Positions 43,340-56,849 of a DNA stretch of 64,000 nucleotides are shown here, piece after piece (position 1 is the stretch's first letter; each line of letters starts with the position of its first letter). The stretch is from the human T2T-CHM13v2.0 reference genome, Homo sapiens: NCBI RefSeq assembly GCF_009914755.1, contig NC_060937.1; one strand, given 5' to 3'. Under the pieces are notes generated by a model. That model saw only the letters and a list, made by a program, of their open reading frames with translations, searched no databases and was not told the DNA's origin. A program made the position numbers and the translations under genes.

Positions 43340-44371
43340 AAATTTGGCTCTATCTACAAAATAGCCTGTCTGGAGATTACATAATGGCATTAATATATCC
43401 TTAAAAGAAAAGTCAACAGACTCCTCACCTTTATACCCATTTATTGTTTCTGTTTTGTTGTTGGAAAATGAGTTTTAGAATTAATCGATAGGAAACCCTT
43501 CTATGAATACCTTTATAAAGAAAGGCCAATTATATTTTACTTCATTTATTTGACTTACAGTATTTTACTCACTGACTTTCTATTGTTGATCATGTTGATT
43601 CTATTTTATTCAAGCCAGTATTGAATTATCAGGAAAAGTAAAAATGAAAAGGATATTACTCTGGGATAAAAAAAATTAAAGGATATTACTTTGGCATGAA
43701 AAATGAGGTAGGTTAATGAGGATGGGTAGAAGGATGGACAGATGTGTGAAAAAGCAACTGTAGAAAAACGTAAATTGTACCATGTAGGAAATGTGGCTGT
43801 GAACTGTAAAAGTCTTTCACCTATTCTGCATGTTTGAAAACTTTCATAAAATTTTGGAAAGAAAATGCAAAAAAACTCAAAAGGACAACTAGAAATTTTA
43901 GTGCCTAAATAGACAGCTTTATTTCCTAAAATAATTTTTTTAGTGATTTTGTCAACATACTGGGTAAAATTAAGAAAATGTTACAGAAACCAAAGGCTTG
44001 CATTAAGAATCTCAAAATTGATCCTAGGTAAGGGATAGAATCATAGAGAAATAGCTATAGTAATTGAAAGTATCCATTTATGTGGAAATATTTCTTGTTG
44101 TTCCATCAATACACTGGTGTTATGTTTCTTCAGCATCTGAATGTTCTTGTTACCTGTGAGCTCAAGTCCACCACTCTCCAAGAGGGCCAAATGATACAAA
44201 TTAGATTTTTTTCCTCAGATCTAGAATGCAAGTACAGCAATGTATAGTTACTTGACTAAAATATCAAAGTGATATGGAACCAACCAAATGAATATGGCAA
44301 CAATTTTTACATCTAGTCATGAATAAGAGTAGTTTTCTGTATTTGCTTTCTAATTTTGGTCTCCACTATCT

Positions 44372-44720
44372 TGTATGAGTTCATTCTCACATACTACTAT
44401 AAAGCACTGCCCGAGAGTATAATTTTTTAAAGGAAAGAAGTTTAATTGATGCACAGTGCAGCATGGCTGAGGAGGTCTCAAGAAACTACAATCATGGCAG
44501 AAGGGGAAGCAAACACATCCTTCTTCACATGGTGGCAGTGAGGAGAAGTGCCAAGCAAAAGGGGAAAAAGCCCCCCTATAAAACCATCACATCTGGTGAG
44601 AACTCCCTCACTATCACAAGAATAGCAGGATGAGAGTAACTGCCCCCATGATTCACCTCCCATGATGTGGGGATTATGGAAACTATAATTCACGATGAGA
44701 TTTGGGTGGGGACCATATCC
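44372..44720 (-). mobile_element. THE1D-like solo LTR
   Basis: acaatcatggcagaaggggaagcaaacacatccttcttcacatggtggcag...gagatttgggtgggga; 5-bp TSD tatct / tgtct. Confidence 0.88.
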
Positions 44721-45358
44721 TGTCTTAAATATTCCTTCCTCTTGAAGTCAAATTAGAATTCTTAATGAGTCTTAAAAAGCCCTTATTGGTTTAGAATTGA
44801 TTAATTGAGGAGCCCTGATTTTCTGATCCAGGGCAAATAGGATTTCATTGTCAGTGGATACGTAGCTCCTCTGAATTACTGCAAGGATTGCTTCTCACAT
44901 TTAACACTGGTCCCTGAAATTTTCCATGAATTTTCCAGAAGTGCAAAAGCTGCAGATGCCCAAAGATGGTACCTTGGCAGTTCCATTGCTTCTAAGCAGG
45001 CCTGGATCTTAGAGATCTCAGACAAGTTGATATTGATCTTTGAAGAAACGTTATGTACAAAGGAAATATATCTGCCAACCTCCTTTAGAAACAGGGTCAA
45101 ATAAGCAGTTGGAAAATTTTCTAAATGTGTCACATTAAACTTTAATAATACCTACGTTTTTATGGGGCTTTTAACTTTGCAAACTGCTTTCACATGCATT
45201 ATCTCATTCCATCTTCTATGGCAATGAAACAGTGTCTAGGCTTTAGGGCTGAATTACAATGACATCGATATGAAAATGTTGACAGGGACATGCAAAAAAG
45301 TTATTACTATGCCAAGCAGAAGAATTCAACAGGAATTGGATGGATTCAAGATCAGTAA

Positions 45359-45697
<339 letters not shown>

Positions 45698-45723
45698 TGA
45701 TGGGTGGGTCAGAAGTTATAAGA

Positions 45724-46017
45724 AACCAGACACAGTGGTTCACATCTGTAATCCCAGCACTTTGGGAGGCCAGTACAGATGGATTGCTTGAGCCCAGGAG
45801 TTTGAGGCCAGCCTGGACAACATAGTGAGATTCCCATCTTTACAAAAAATAAAAAATAAGCTGGGCGTGGTAGCACACATCTATGGTCCCAGCTGTTTAG
45901 GAGACCGAGGTGAGAGGATTGCTTGAGCTTCGGAGGTTGAGGCTACAGTGAGCTGTGATTGCGCCACTGCACTCCAGCCTGGGTGACAGAGTGGGACCCT
46001 GTCTCAAAAAAAAAAAA
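45724..46017 (+). mobile_element. AluJ (Jb-like), starting about 90 nt downstream of the exon
   Basis: ggattgcttgagcccaggagtttgaggccagcctggacaacatagtgaga...gaggttgaggctacagtgagctgtgatt; A tail. Confidence 0.9.
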
Positions 46018-47612
46018 TGTTATGATGACTTTTAGAGACTAGGATGGTTTTTAAAACCATGTTTAGCAAATTATAAACATTATTTTACATTTTCCTAATG
46101 TTTTTACTGTATGTTATATGGGACAGTCCTGTTAAAGATTGTGCAACCCAGCTATATTGAGCTAACTGTTCTCTCTGATGAAAACAAAAGTAATCTTGTT
46201 GAAGTTCCATGCACTCCCGTGAGAAAGGACGCTTTAGAAAAGAATCTTGTAAAAAAAAAAAAAGTCCACTGTACTATTTCTTTTTTATTTGTATTACCTC
46301 AGCATAGCCACACATATTAGCAAACAATTCTTTCCTTGAACTCCTAGAATGAAAATAGATCAATACTTTGGCTAAAATATGCAAATTTTCTATCTCATTC
46401 TGTGGAAAAGAAGGCTTTAAGCACACAAGCATGAAACAGCCTTCCAGTCTCTAGAGGGCAGGAGGCAGGGAGGTGGGGAGAATGGAGGGGAAGGTCTCTG
46501 AATCAAGGCTCTGTTCTTGGGTTGCAGAAATCATTCAAGTGGTTGCATGGCCCAAAGACAGTTCACAAATTGCCATCCAAGGATAAAAGGACAAATTTCA
46601 TAGGCAGGCTTCTCCCAGGAAAATACACAGGCCTTGAAAGAGTAAATGTGTTTTCTCCCCCTCTGTCAAATAGCCTTCAAATAAAAGTACTTTCAATTGC
46701 ATTTACTGCAATTACACAGTGACAAGCAGAGTGGTGAAAATAGCAGTGGCATTTGTCAGCCTCTGAGGGCCTTCATCATTTATGCAAACCTCTAAACGAG
46801 CATGCACAAGTAAAGTGTTCTGACAACTAAGATTTGCATAGGATAGAAAAAAGATGTTAGAATTCAGAGAAACTGAAGCTCACTGTACAAAGATGTGCTT
46901 AGGTTAACAGGCCTCAGCTCTGATAATGAAACCCATTGGCTAATTCACCATTTTGCTTAGAAAGGCCAGAGGAAATGGTTTTATTTCAGAAAAAATAAAT
47001 TGAAGTGCCGTTACCTCTCCCCACAGTGGGAGGACAAAATCTCTTTGTATGATCATGAGTTACTTTATTTGAAAAATGAAGGAATTTTTAAAAGTTAATC
47101 ATTAAGTTATCCTTCTGACACAAAATGACATGATTCTTTACTAAGATTTTTGTTCTTTGCTAAAATTGTGGAGGGGTTATGAATTTTTAAAAATAAACTT
47201 GATCTTAGAAGATTTGGATTTTTTAGCAAAGACAGAATACCCAACTAATGCTGATAAAAAGGTACACTCATCAAGAAATCTAAAAAGATCTGCTTATTTT
47301 AAAGTCAGATTAAACCTCGTAGCATCATTTGGAGTCATATAGTCATCCATATTTTTAGTTGAAATGCCCTAATTCCTAGCACAGTTCAGTTGGCTTCAGT
47401 CAGCCTGCAAGTTATTGAAGAAGATGGGCATGTGGGTTTTGTTACTTAGAGCAGGACATGATTAAGAATGAGAATATAGGCTTTTTAACTTGTAAGAGCA
47501 GCAGTGACTTCTTAATTGGCTTTTTGTCCTCAGTGCTTACTGGCTGTTTTAACGGAAAACAAATCCTTATGCTTTCGATCAATTGAGTTTCCTAGATACC
47601 GATTTGATGTGA

Positions 47613-48050
<438 letters not shown>

Positions 48051-48749
48051 CCTCTGTCTCTTTTTTTAATTAGTCCTAGATGTCTTTGAGAAAATTCTTC
48101 CAGTTTTCCTTCTTTGGGTTCTGCTGTGGCATTGAGAATTGACCACCAATACAGACTTATGGAGAAAAATGTGCTCTTGCTAATACTTGTCTGGGTGTGA
48201 AGTGTTAGTTCACAAATTTATGGCATGAATTAGTCAAATGTGCCAACTCCATTTTCCACACAGATACATCTCAGATGACAGTGTTACAGTGTTCATAAAT
48301 GCGGCAGCAAAGATCAGTGAGCAAATCGGTAATCCAACAAAAATTATATATAATAGCCCTCTCTCTGGGTAGCACCTGCAGCCCATCACTTTGGGCTTCT
48401 GGCATCTCTTCATCAAAACCTTCACTCCTGTTGCTGTCAGTTGCATGTACCTTCCCTGCTAGCTACACAAATGTCCCAGTTTGTACATCTTATAGATGTT
48501 TTTCTTTAATTATAATGTGCCTATCTAAAATGTGAACAGTGGTATGCAATCGACCGTCAATAAAAACAAGAGTCAAACTGGGGGCACATCCTCCCAGTCT
48601 TTACAATGCCACAAATTAATTGAAAGTGGTTAGTGACTGTTTAGAGTTCAGTCAGTGTCTGGATCATGTCAAAAGAAAGTTAAGTGTTTTAAGCATTCCA
48701 GTAAAAACTTCTGTGGTATTCCAACCACTACTGAAGTTCTGTAGTTGGG

Positions 48750-48794
48750 GTGTGTGTGCGTGTGTGCATGCATGCGTGTGTGCGTTTGTGCGTT

Positions 48795-48825
<31 letters not shown>

Positions 48826-48871
48826 GTGTGTGTGCGTGTGTGTGTGCGTGCATGTGTGTGTGTGTGTGTGT
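48750..48871. repeat. Long (TG/CG/CA) alternating purine-pyrimidine repeat
   Basis: Directly visible, about 120 bp. Confidence 0.95.
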
Positions 48872-51800
48872 TCTTCGAAAAAATCAGGAGTCTATTTAGG
48901 ATGCATTTTCAAAGTCCTCCTCCAGGAAGTTTAACTCAGTTCCCTGCACAGAGGAATTGCTCAAAAGATTCTTACCAAGTAACTGTTATAAGAAAAAGAA
49001 ACTCCATTTTTACATGAAGAACTTTTCTTTGAAAACTTCCTTACAACATTGAAAAAATGCCGCTAGACCTATTTTAGAGTACTTAAAAATCCTCATCAGC
49101 CTCAGGCCCGCCCCTTCACTTGCTTTGTAGTAAGTAGTGTATGGGGTTCCCCAGGATAAAGCACAACCCAGATTCCACTTGCTGCATCCAAATGAATGGT
49201 GTCTTACGTAGCACCCCTGAGCTAGGCAGGACCAGAAGAAACAGGAGAGTGGCTTTTAGCCTATTGTCACTATTAGAAACTATGCAGTGCGGTAGGAGAA
49301 AACCCTGTTTTAAGGCATTAACAGTCTCTGCTCAGGCACTTATCCCAGGTATTGCCGTATTTTCATACAAAACTTATCCCAGCCTAGCTTTTGCATGCTG
49401 CCCAAATGCAAAATGGTTTTCTTGAAAAATGTTTGTGTTAAATTAAAATCTCCTAGAGGGAGAAACAGTTTGTGGGCAGAACTCGCTTCAGTAATATCCT
49501 GTGGTTATTTTGAGTGTTTGGCATTGTTATCAACGCTCCATAGATAAGAATTGTTCTATTTCACAAGAGGCCATGTTGCAGATTACAACTAGCTCATGAA
49601 CACAAAAGTCAAGGCTGAATTACATTTATATAGCTATAGTAAATCTTACATCTACTTTAAAATTGAGGATGTGTGGGACAGCTTCTGCAAACATCTGGTA
49701 CCTTCTAAGATTTTATAGACTATGAGAACCAGAGAGAGATTTCTAAAAGATGTTGCCAATGAGGAGAGGCAAAGGTTGATGAGACAAAGGCAGGGATTCT
49801 GTATTATTTCATACTACTTTTTATCCCTAAGTGTTAGAGAATGCTTCTAACATCAAGTATAAAAGTGAGACCTGAGTGTTTTTGTCCCAATTATGCAACC
49901 TAATATTTAGGCTACCCCAGTTAGCAAAGACCCTAATAATTCAACTCACTATATTGGGTAAGCTAGGCATATACATTTTTTGCCCTTAGGGAATTTAACA
50001 TAGTTAAAATAATTATAACAAACTATGACAAAGTGTTAGGATAACAGAAGCATGGGGTGCTAAGCCTTTACTCAGCTGGGGGACTTAACTTAGTCAGCGG
50101 GGGGTCAGAGAAGCCCTACTTTGTTAAGTGTAGAATAAAATAGCAAATAAGATTGTATTGAATTGGCATTGTCAAACATAATTGATGTTAAATAGCCACA
50201 GCATATATAATTGTTACACCAAAGCCCTCAGACAGTTTGTTTCCCGTATCACTCTCAATAGGTCTAGCATGATTTGTCAGTGGTTCTTAAATGCTCGTTT
50301 GTTTTATTTTTGACATTTTCTATGATCAAGTCTCACCTGCCCACTACTACTGTCTTGAACTGATGAGATTTGTGTTATTTTTCATCAGCAAAAAGTTGAG
50401 TTATCTTGATTTAGATGCCCTCCAAAGGGTGTTGTGGGGGAAGCCAGCAAAGCCGCTAGTATTTTTAAATTTAAGCCTTGGGCACTCATAGACCAGACAC
50501 ACCAGTGATATCAAACTTTCTGGGCTTCTTCTTTTCAAACTTGCCAATTATTAAGTTGCCAGGCAGCCCAAAGACTGAAAACTGTCATAAGAGTATCAAA
50601 CATGAAACCCAAGGTGGGCACTGCATCTGTGGCAGGCCGAGAGACCCTGAAGTGGGCACTATTCACTGATTCTGTCACATATTCATTAGTCCAACACATG
50701 TTTACTAAGTGCCTACTGTGGACTTTGTTTTGGTTTAGGCATGGGAATGGAATAGAGAACAGATAAGGCCCCTGTTAGAGAACAGAATAGAGAACAGTAC
50801 CCAGTATATGTTCTTTGAATCGAATAATGGACCCAACTGTACAGAGAAATGGAAGGGAATATTCTAAGAGGCTGTTCTATTTTACTTTGTAAGTCTTTTC
50901 TTTTAATGGAGGTATAACTAATTCAGTAATTTAAAAATCACATATCCCTGTTGTTAATGGACTCATGAGTGCAGGGATGGCAGAAACAAATCAGATAATG
51001 TACCTGATTCTTTCATTGTGACAGCTGCTATCAAGTTGTAAATTAGAGCCAGCCACAAGGAAGCTGTGTTAGGTCAGTCCAATGACTAATGTCATGTAAT
51101 AAATGGCTACTTGGTGCACAAATGACTTTCTTGGAACCTACAAGAGTTGTCAATTCTCATGGTAATTTGTGCATTCGTAATTTTGTGTTTGGGAAAATGT
51201 TGCTAGATAAGCCTTATTTGATATTAGAAAATAAACATTTATTGTTTCTACTGAGGAAACTCAGATTTTCTTTTGTAAAATGTACAGGACTGTGTTATGT
51301 TGCATTTTAGGAGATAAAATAGGCAGAAGGAACGATTTCAAGCATTTGCGTAAGATACTGTTCTTTCAAAGACCTTCTCAGGCATAAAAGTCCATAATAT
51401 AAATCTGACAAGAAACTCTTTTAGTTACAAATAATTCCATAGTAAATATGATATGACACTGGCTGATATTCCTGAAATACCATGTTACAAAAACCTCTAG
51501 AATCTAAACATAGAAAATGATTTCCTTTAAACCAAAGAAAAAGAAAAACCCAAGAGCTGTATATAGCAGCAAACTTTCAAGGCTTCTTCATCTCTACTTT
51601 ATGTAATACAAGAGCCTATTTAATAATACAGTCTAGAAACGCAACCCTGAAATTGAGGAACAAAAGCCAAAGCAATTATTTTAAAATCTGTTCTGTTAGC
51701 TAGAGGACTCGCATTTGCCCTTGAGCATTCGTGAAAGCACCAGGAAAGACTTTTTTAAAAAAACAAAGAACACTGTTTTCTGTCAGGTGAAATCTAACAC

Positions 51801-51926
51801 CATCCAACCCTCTGTCTTTCTTTTACAGTCATTGACTCAATATTTCTCATTTCTTGTGGGCATTTATCATATGTTGTGTTCTCATGTAATGCTGGCAGGA
51901 TGCATAAGCCGTACTAACTACTTGCT

Positions 51927-52018
51927 GAGAGAAAGAAAGAAAGAAAGAAGGAAGGAAGGAAGGAAGGAAGGAAGGAAGGAAGGAAGGAAGGAAGGAGGGA
52001 AAGAAAGAAAGAAAAGAG
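51927..52018 (+). repeat. (GAAA)4-(GGAA)11-(GAAA)n polypurine microsatellite
   Basis: Directly counted; GGAA run at 51950-51993. Confidence 0.95.
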
Positions 52019-55000
52019 TTGGCTGGCACCCAACAGCCTGTCGCTGGCTACATTTGCTATCAATTACCTAAGTTTAGAAAACGGTTTACTCTGAACTCTG
52101 CATATGTGAAAGTGTTTTTATGTGATACAATAGGGTTAATGCCTTAAGGTTGGTGGCATAATGTGTGGGTATTCAGCAGATATAGAGACAGGCATTTCTT
52201 AACCTCTGAACACTTACTAATGTTGATCTTGAGGCAACAACTCAAGGGATTCACAGAAGCACAATTTCTATTTTGAATCAAGCAATTTTCCCATGGATCA
52301 AAGGAGGCAACATACATCAGACCTAAAATTGCTGGATACAATAGGCAAGTCGTCATTCTAGGGGATGTGTGTGTGGGTGTGTGTATTTCCTTTACGCCCA
52401 ATTCCAACTTTTGTTCATCCATTTATTTCTAGGTCCTGTACACTCAACTTCTATGCAATTAATAATAGTAATTGTTCCATTTCTTATTTACTGATTACTG
52501 TAAATGATACTGTGTAATCGAGATTTTCAAGATGAGATTTATGGTACAAAATAATATTGGCACAAAGCAATGGTCTGAAATGAGGCATACCTATTGTGCA
52601 ACTAAAATTCATTAGGAAGCAAAATATTTCATGTATAATAGGAAGTTTACTAAATATAGATATAAATATATATTAAAATATATATAATATGATAGGAAGT
52701 TTACTAAAGTACGACTTATGCCTTATCAAGCTTTTTAATTTCTATGAGAAACAACAACAGAAGAATTTAGTTGACCAAGAGAAAGCAGAGCACATTAAAA
52801 CTATTCAAGGTAGTTAGAGAATTTGCCTTTGAATTTGGAATTTTGCGTTTTGATTTTAGTTTACTCTTCAATGTATTTTCTATAGGTAGTTTAATTTATT
52901 TATATATAAAACGTACTTGTTTTTAGTAATTGACATTTGACTTTAATAACATGTTACAATTTTCACTGTCATGTTTTCAAGTTCAAGCTATGACACAGGT
53001 GCCTGACTTTTGTCATGCCAAAAGAAAATATTTGATGATTCTTTACAGTGGAATTAAATCTATTCCAGAAGGCCCAGAAACCCAGGCAAAAATCTTAACA
53101 CTCTGCACATTAGCCCAATGACATTCTTAGCTATTCAAATTTTAGGAGATAAAAGGAACATGTGATAGAAGAAATTATTGTGATGTAGAACTAGAAAGTA
53201 AGGAACATAGAGCTAAGTAACTGGATCGTTAAAGAAAACATCAAACCACATAGCTATTCACAAATAGCAAAGTTGTAACAAGTCCCACGGCCACCATAAC
53301 CAGAGTCCTTCACGTGGTGACCAATATAATAGAATAAAGGAAGGCGGTTTACCTCCTGAGGCATTTCGATTACTTTAAAAGTCTCAAGATTAGCAGCTAA
53401 AGTGAAAAGCCTTATTTTAACCCAAATAATGAATTAACACATCTTTGTGCAATGTGGCAACATTTTATTAAAATATTTTAATCATGAAAGTGTTAAATGA
53501 TGGCACTTAGACTTCTTTTCTGACATAGTATTTACTTTGAATATGTGTGTGTGTGGATATATATATATTTCGATTGCTCTGAAACCTCCTTTAATTCATA
53601 GTTATCTCAAAAGTAGAACTGCTAATCATGTCTTTATATTTGAGTCATTTTTGAAATGAGTTTTCTTTTTCCTCAGGGTTGTTTCTTTAACAATTATAAA
53701 AGAGACTGCTGTAATCTCTTCATCTGGCTGTCTTTGTGACTTGTTTATTGTGAACAACTCTCTAAGGAACCAGGGGTGGAAACCAGGTTAGAAGAGACGG
53801 TCTCAGTGACTTATTTTAGTGGTTAAATAGATCTTTTCCTTTTGTTACTCTAAAGAGGGAGTGGGTATAAGTATTAATGGAAGTAATTTAAGCTTTTGGG
53901 AAGCTTCATGGTGTATGAAAACTTATGGTTGTAACTCTTTAAAAATATCGTGTCCATAGATACTTGGTCAGATATCCAGGAGAGAATTTAAATTAAAATA
54001 GAGCATGAAATATGCCTTGTCCTTCAAATAACAGCTCATATATAAATCCCACATGAAAAAGATATGTCCTCGATTTTTTTCTTTGCATAGATTTAAATAA
54101 TTTGCTACGCTAAGAATTTCCTTTATTATAACCTCTGAAGAAGTGAAAATTAGAAAGAGAAATGAAAAGTAAGTAGTTGAATATATGGCATTACCCCAAG
54201 CAGGGATATATCTGTATGCATCACATTTTTATTCTTTAAGAGGCAGGAATCTTCTAGAAACATAACAGCGATAATTAGATGCCAAATAAGGCTGTCAATA
54301 TTCACCACTAAAATCTCAAGGCTCGGGAAATTAGCTGATTTGAAAAAGGGCCTAATAATTCTACTGGGTGAAATGAGTAAATCAGCAGATGTGAGAAAGT
54401 TTTAGAAGTAACAATGGCTACCCATTTGGTCGCAAGAGCTGGTAGAGTTTTCAGACTGAATGAATCCCGGCAGTGACCCTCTCCTACCTCAGCGCTACAT
54501 TTATCTTTCGGATTGTTTCACACCAGCTTGAAGAGATTAGTTATCTCATAGGAAGCAAAATCTCTCTTTTCTACCTGAGTTCATTGACTTCAGGAGGAGG
54601 GTATTCTCAAAATCCACCACAATCGTTCAACTAAACAGCTCTTTGTAGCCCTTGGTATTATCACTGGCACATGTGTATCCTGGTTCTTTAAATTCAGTGC
54701 CTCTAGTTATTGTTAGATCAGTTTCGTCTTTAAAATAGTTGAGTGTTCCAAACTCTTCTGAGTTGAACATACATAGAAATGTATTCCATAGTCCAAAGCC
54801 TACTGTTATGACTCAACCAGACGAGAGAACTAAAATCATCAATAGTCCTAAGAGGACTTCAGGAATAATTTTGCAATTATTACAGAGCACTTGGAGGATG
54901 AGGATCAGGCATAGGAGCTTACTTATAAAAGGCTTCTGCACTAAATGAAACACATATGTCCATTCATTAGCCAGCCTTGCAGTATTTTTCAATTAAATCC

Positions 55001-55261
55001 CTGTGGCTGAATTTAAAATGTTCGGCAAGTTCTTGGTGACCCAGTTTAACATGTGCCTAATACCACACTTTATTAATTAAAGATCCAGATATGCGCTTCC
55101 CGAGTTTGTCCCGGAGAAAATGTTTAAATGTGTCTTGCTACTCACTTGCAACCATAATATCTAAATTATAAAATTAAGCAAGAGTTATAAGAAATTCTAT
55201 TCTTCTATTTCTATGGTTCTAGATCTCATTAGGAAAACATTATATAAATAAAAAAATACCT

Positions 55262-55480
55262 AATAGTATTTATTGAGCACTTACTTTATACCAGACAATA
55301 TTGTGATTACTTTAAACTTTTAACCCTAAAACAACCTTATTAAGTAGTTAATATTATGATCTCCATTTTGCAGATGGGAAAACTGAAACCAGAGAATTTC
55401 AGTGACCTGTTCAAGGTCATACAACTTGTAAGTTGCAGTTCCAGGTTTTGGCTTCAGTACCAGGGTTATTAACCACGGTA
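55262..55480 (-). mobile_element. MIR
   Basis: tatttattgagcacttact...ctccattttgcagatgggaaaactgaaacc...gttcaaggtcatacaact. Confidence 0.75.
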
Positions 55481-55577
55481 CCAATTAACTCCTGCTGAGC
55501 ATTTAGGAAGTAACTGTTAATCTGTGACTACAAGGATTGATAAGCTATATTGGAAGAAATTGAGAATCTGATATTGC

Positions 55578-56005
55578 CAGCACTGTCTAATAGAATTTTC
55601 TGTGATGATGGAAATGTTCTATGTCTGTGCTACCAGCATAGCAGCCACTAGCCACATGTGGTGGTTGAATGCTTGACATATGTCTAGTAAGACTGAGCAA
55701 CTCAATTTTTCATTTTATTTAATTTTAATTAATGTAATTAATTAATGTAATTAATGTAGTTGCATGTGGCTGTTGAACACTTACAATGTGGCTAGTGTGC
55801 CTTAGAAACTAAATTTTTTATTTACTTATTTTTTCCAGTTTTATTGAGGTAGAAATAAATGACAAATAAAATTTGTATATATTTAAGGTGTACAATGTGA
55901 TGAGTTGATATACATATACATTGTGAAGTAATTACCACAATCAAGCTATTTTAATTAAATTTCAATCACCATATGTAGCTACTGGCTACTGTATTGGACA
56001 GGCAG
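55578..56005. mobile_element. MER3 (hAT-Charlie) with internal duplication and a nested short L1 3' end
   Basis: cagcactgtctaatagaattttctgtgatgatggaaatgttcta...ggctactgtattggacaggcag; L1MA-like piece at about 55826-55948. Confidence 0.8.
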
Positions 56006-56249
56006 GCTTAGACCATTAAAACATCTATAATTTGCTTGACATGGCTCAACCTCTGAATATGTTTCATTTTCCTAAAAAAAATTTCACTGGATGGTTTCTT
56101 TTTGCTTAGACCTAGACTAGGCACATACATGGTAAACACACCAAAAATAAAAACCACATAACCTGGACCTAAGATCTGAGAAATTATCATTTTCCAAAGA
56201 GATGAGATGTGTGCTTTCAAAGTGGGCTTTGGTTAAATGTAGAAGACAT

Positions 56250-56470
56250 AGGTAAGAGCACCAGTCCTTGAGTCACTGCATGAGTTTGAATCCTGACTCC
56301 ACCACTTATAACCTGTGTGACTTAGGGAACATAATTTAACCTGCATAAATCTCAGTTTTCTCATCCAGCAACTGGAGATAATAGTACGTACCTCTTAGCA
56401 TTGTGAGGATTAAACTAGATAATTTATGTAAATCACCAAGGGTTAAGGCACATTCACAGAGCACTGAGGG
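56250..56470 (+). mobile_element. MIR
   Basis: gagtttgaatcctgactccaccactta...ctcagttttctcatc...ttgtgaggattaaa. Confidence 0.75.
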
Positions 56471-56849
56471 CAGAAGAAATGTGGGCTCCTGTGCAGGTGA
56501 ATAACCTGTGAAGGTATGAACAGAAAGTAGAAAGGAGGAAGCAAGAGAGTAAGCAAGCAGGTAGGAAAACATCAAGACACCAGAAACATGTAAGCCAAAC
56601 GCATAATAAGGGCAACCTGGAAACCAGTGGAGAATTATCAACTAATTGTTAATCAGTCAGAACTGAAGTGACAAGAGTAGAAATGCACTTCATCAAGCAA
56701 GCTTCTTCTTATCCCTGTTTCTGGATTTGCCTTAGTTCCTGAGATGCAAGACCCATCCCAGCAGAGATGGCCTTACCCCTGCTCAAATGAATAAGTGCTT
56801 GGTGACACCAGGGGGGGAAAAACAGTGGTAGGAAGGTAGGAATAAGTAT

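Noticed and set aside
43641-43700. 30-bp tandem duplication (ggatattact); similar short duplications at 37145-37198 and 61614-61663
   Set aside because: Two-copy slippage duplications with no spacer structure; not CRISPR-like or otherwise informative.
52865-52892. ttttctatag|gtagtt as a recursive splice site
   Set aside because: The acceptor is plausible but the reconstituted donor GTAGTT is weak; expected by chance.
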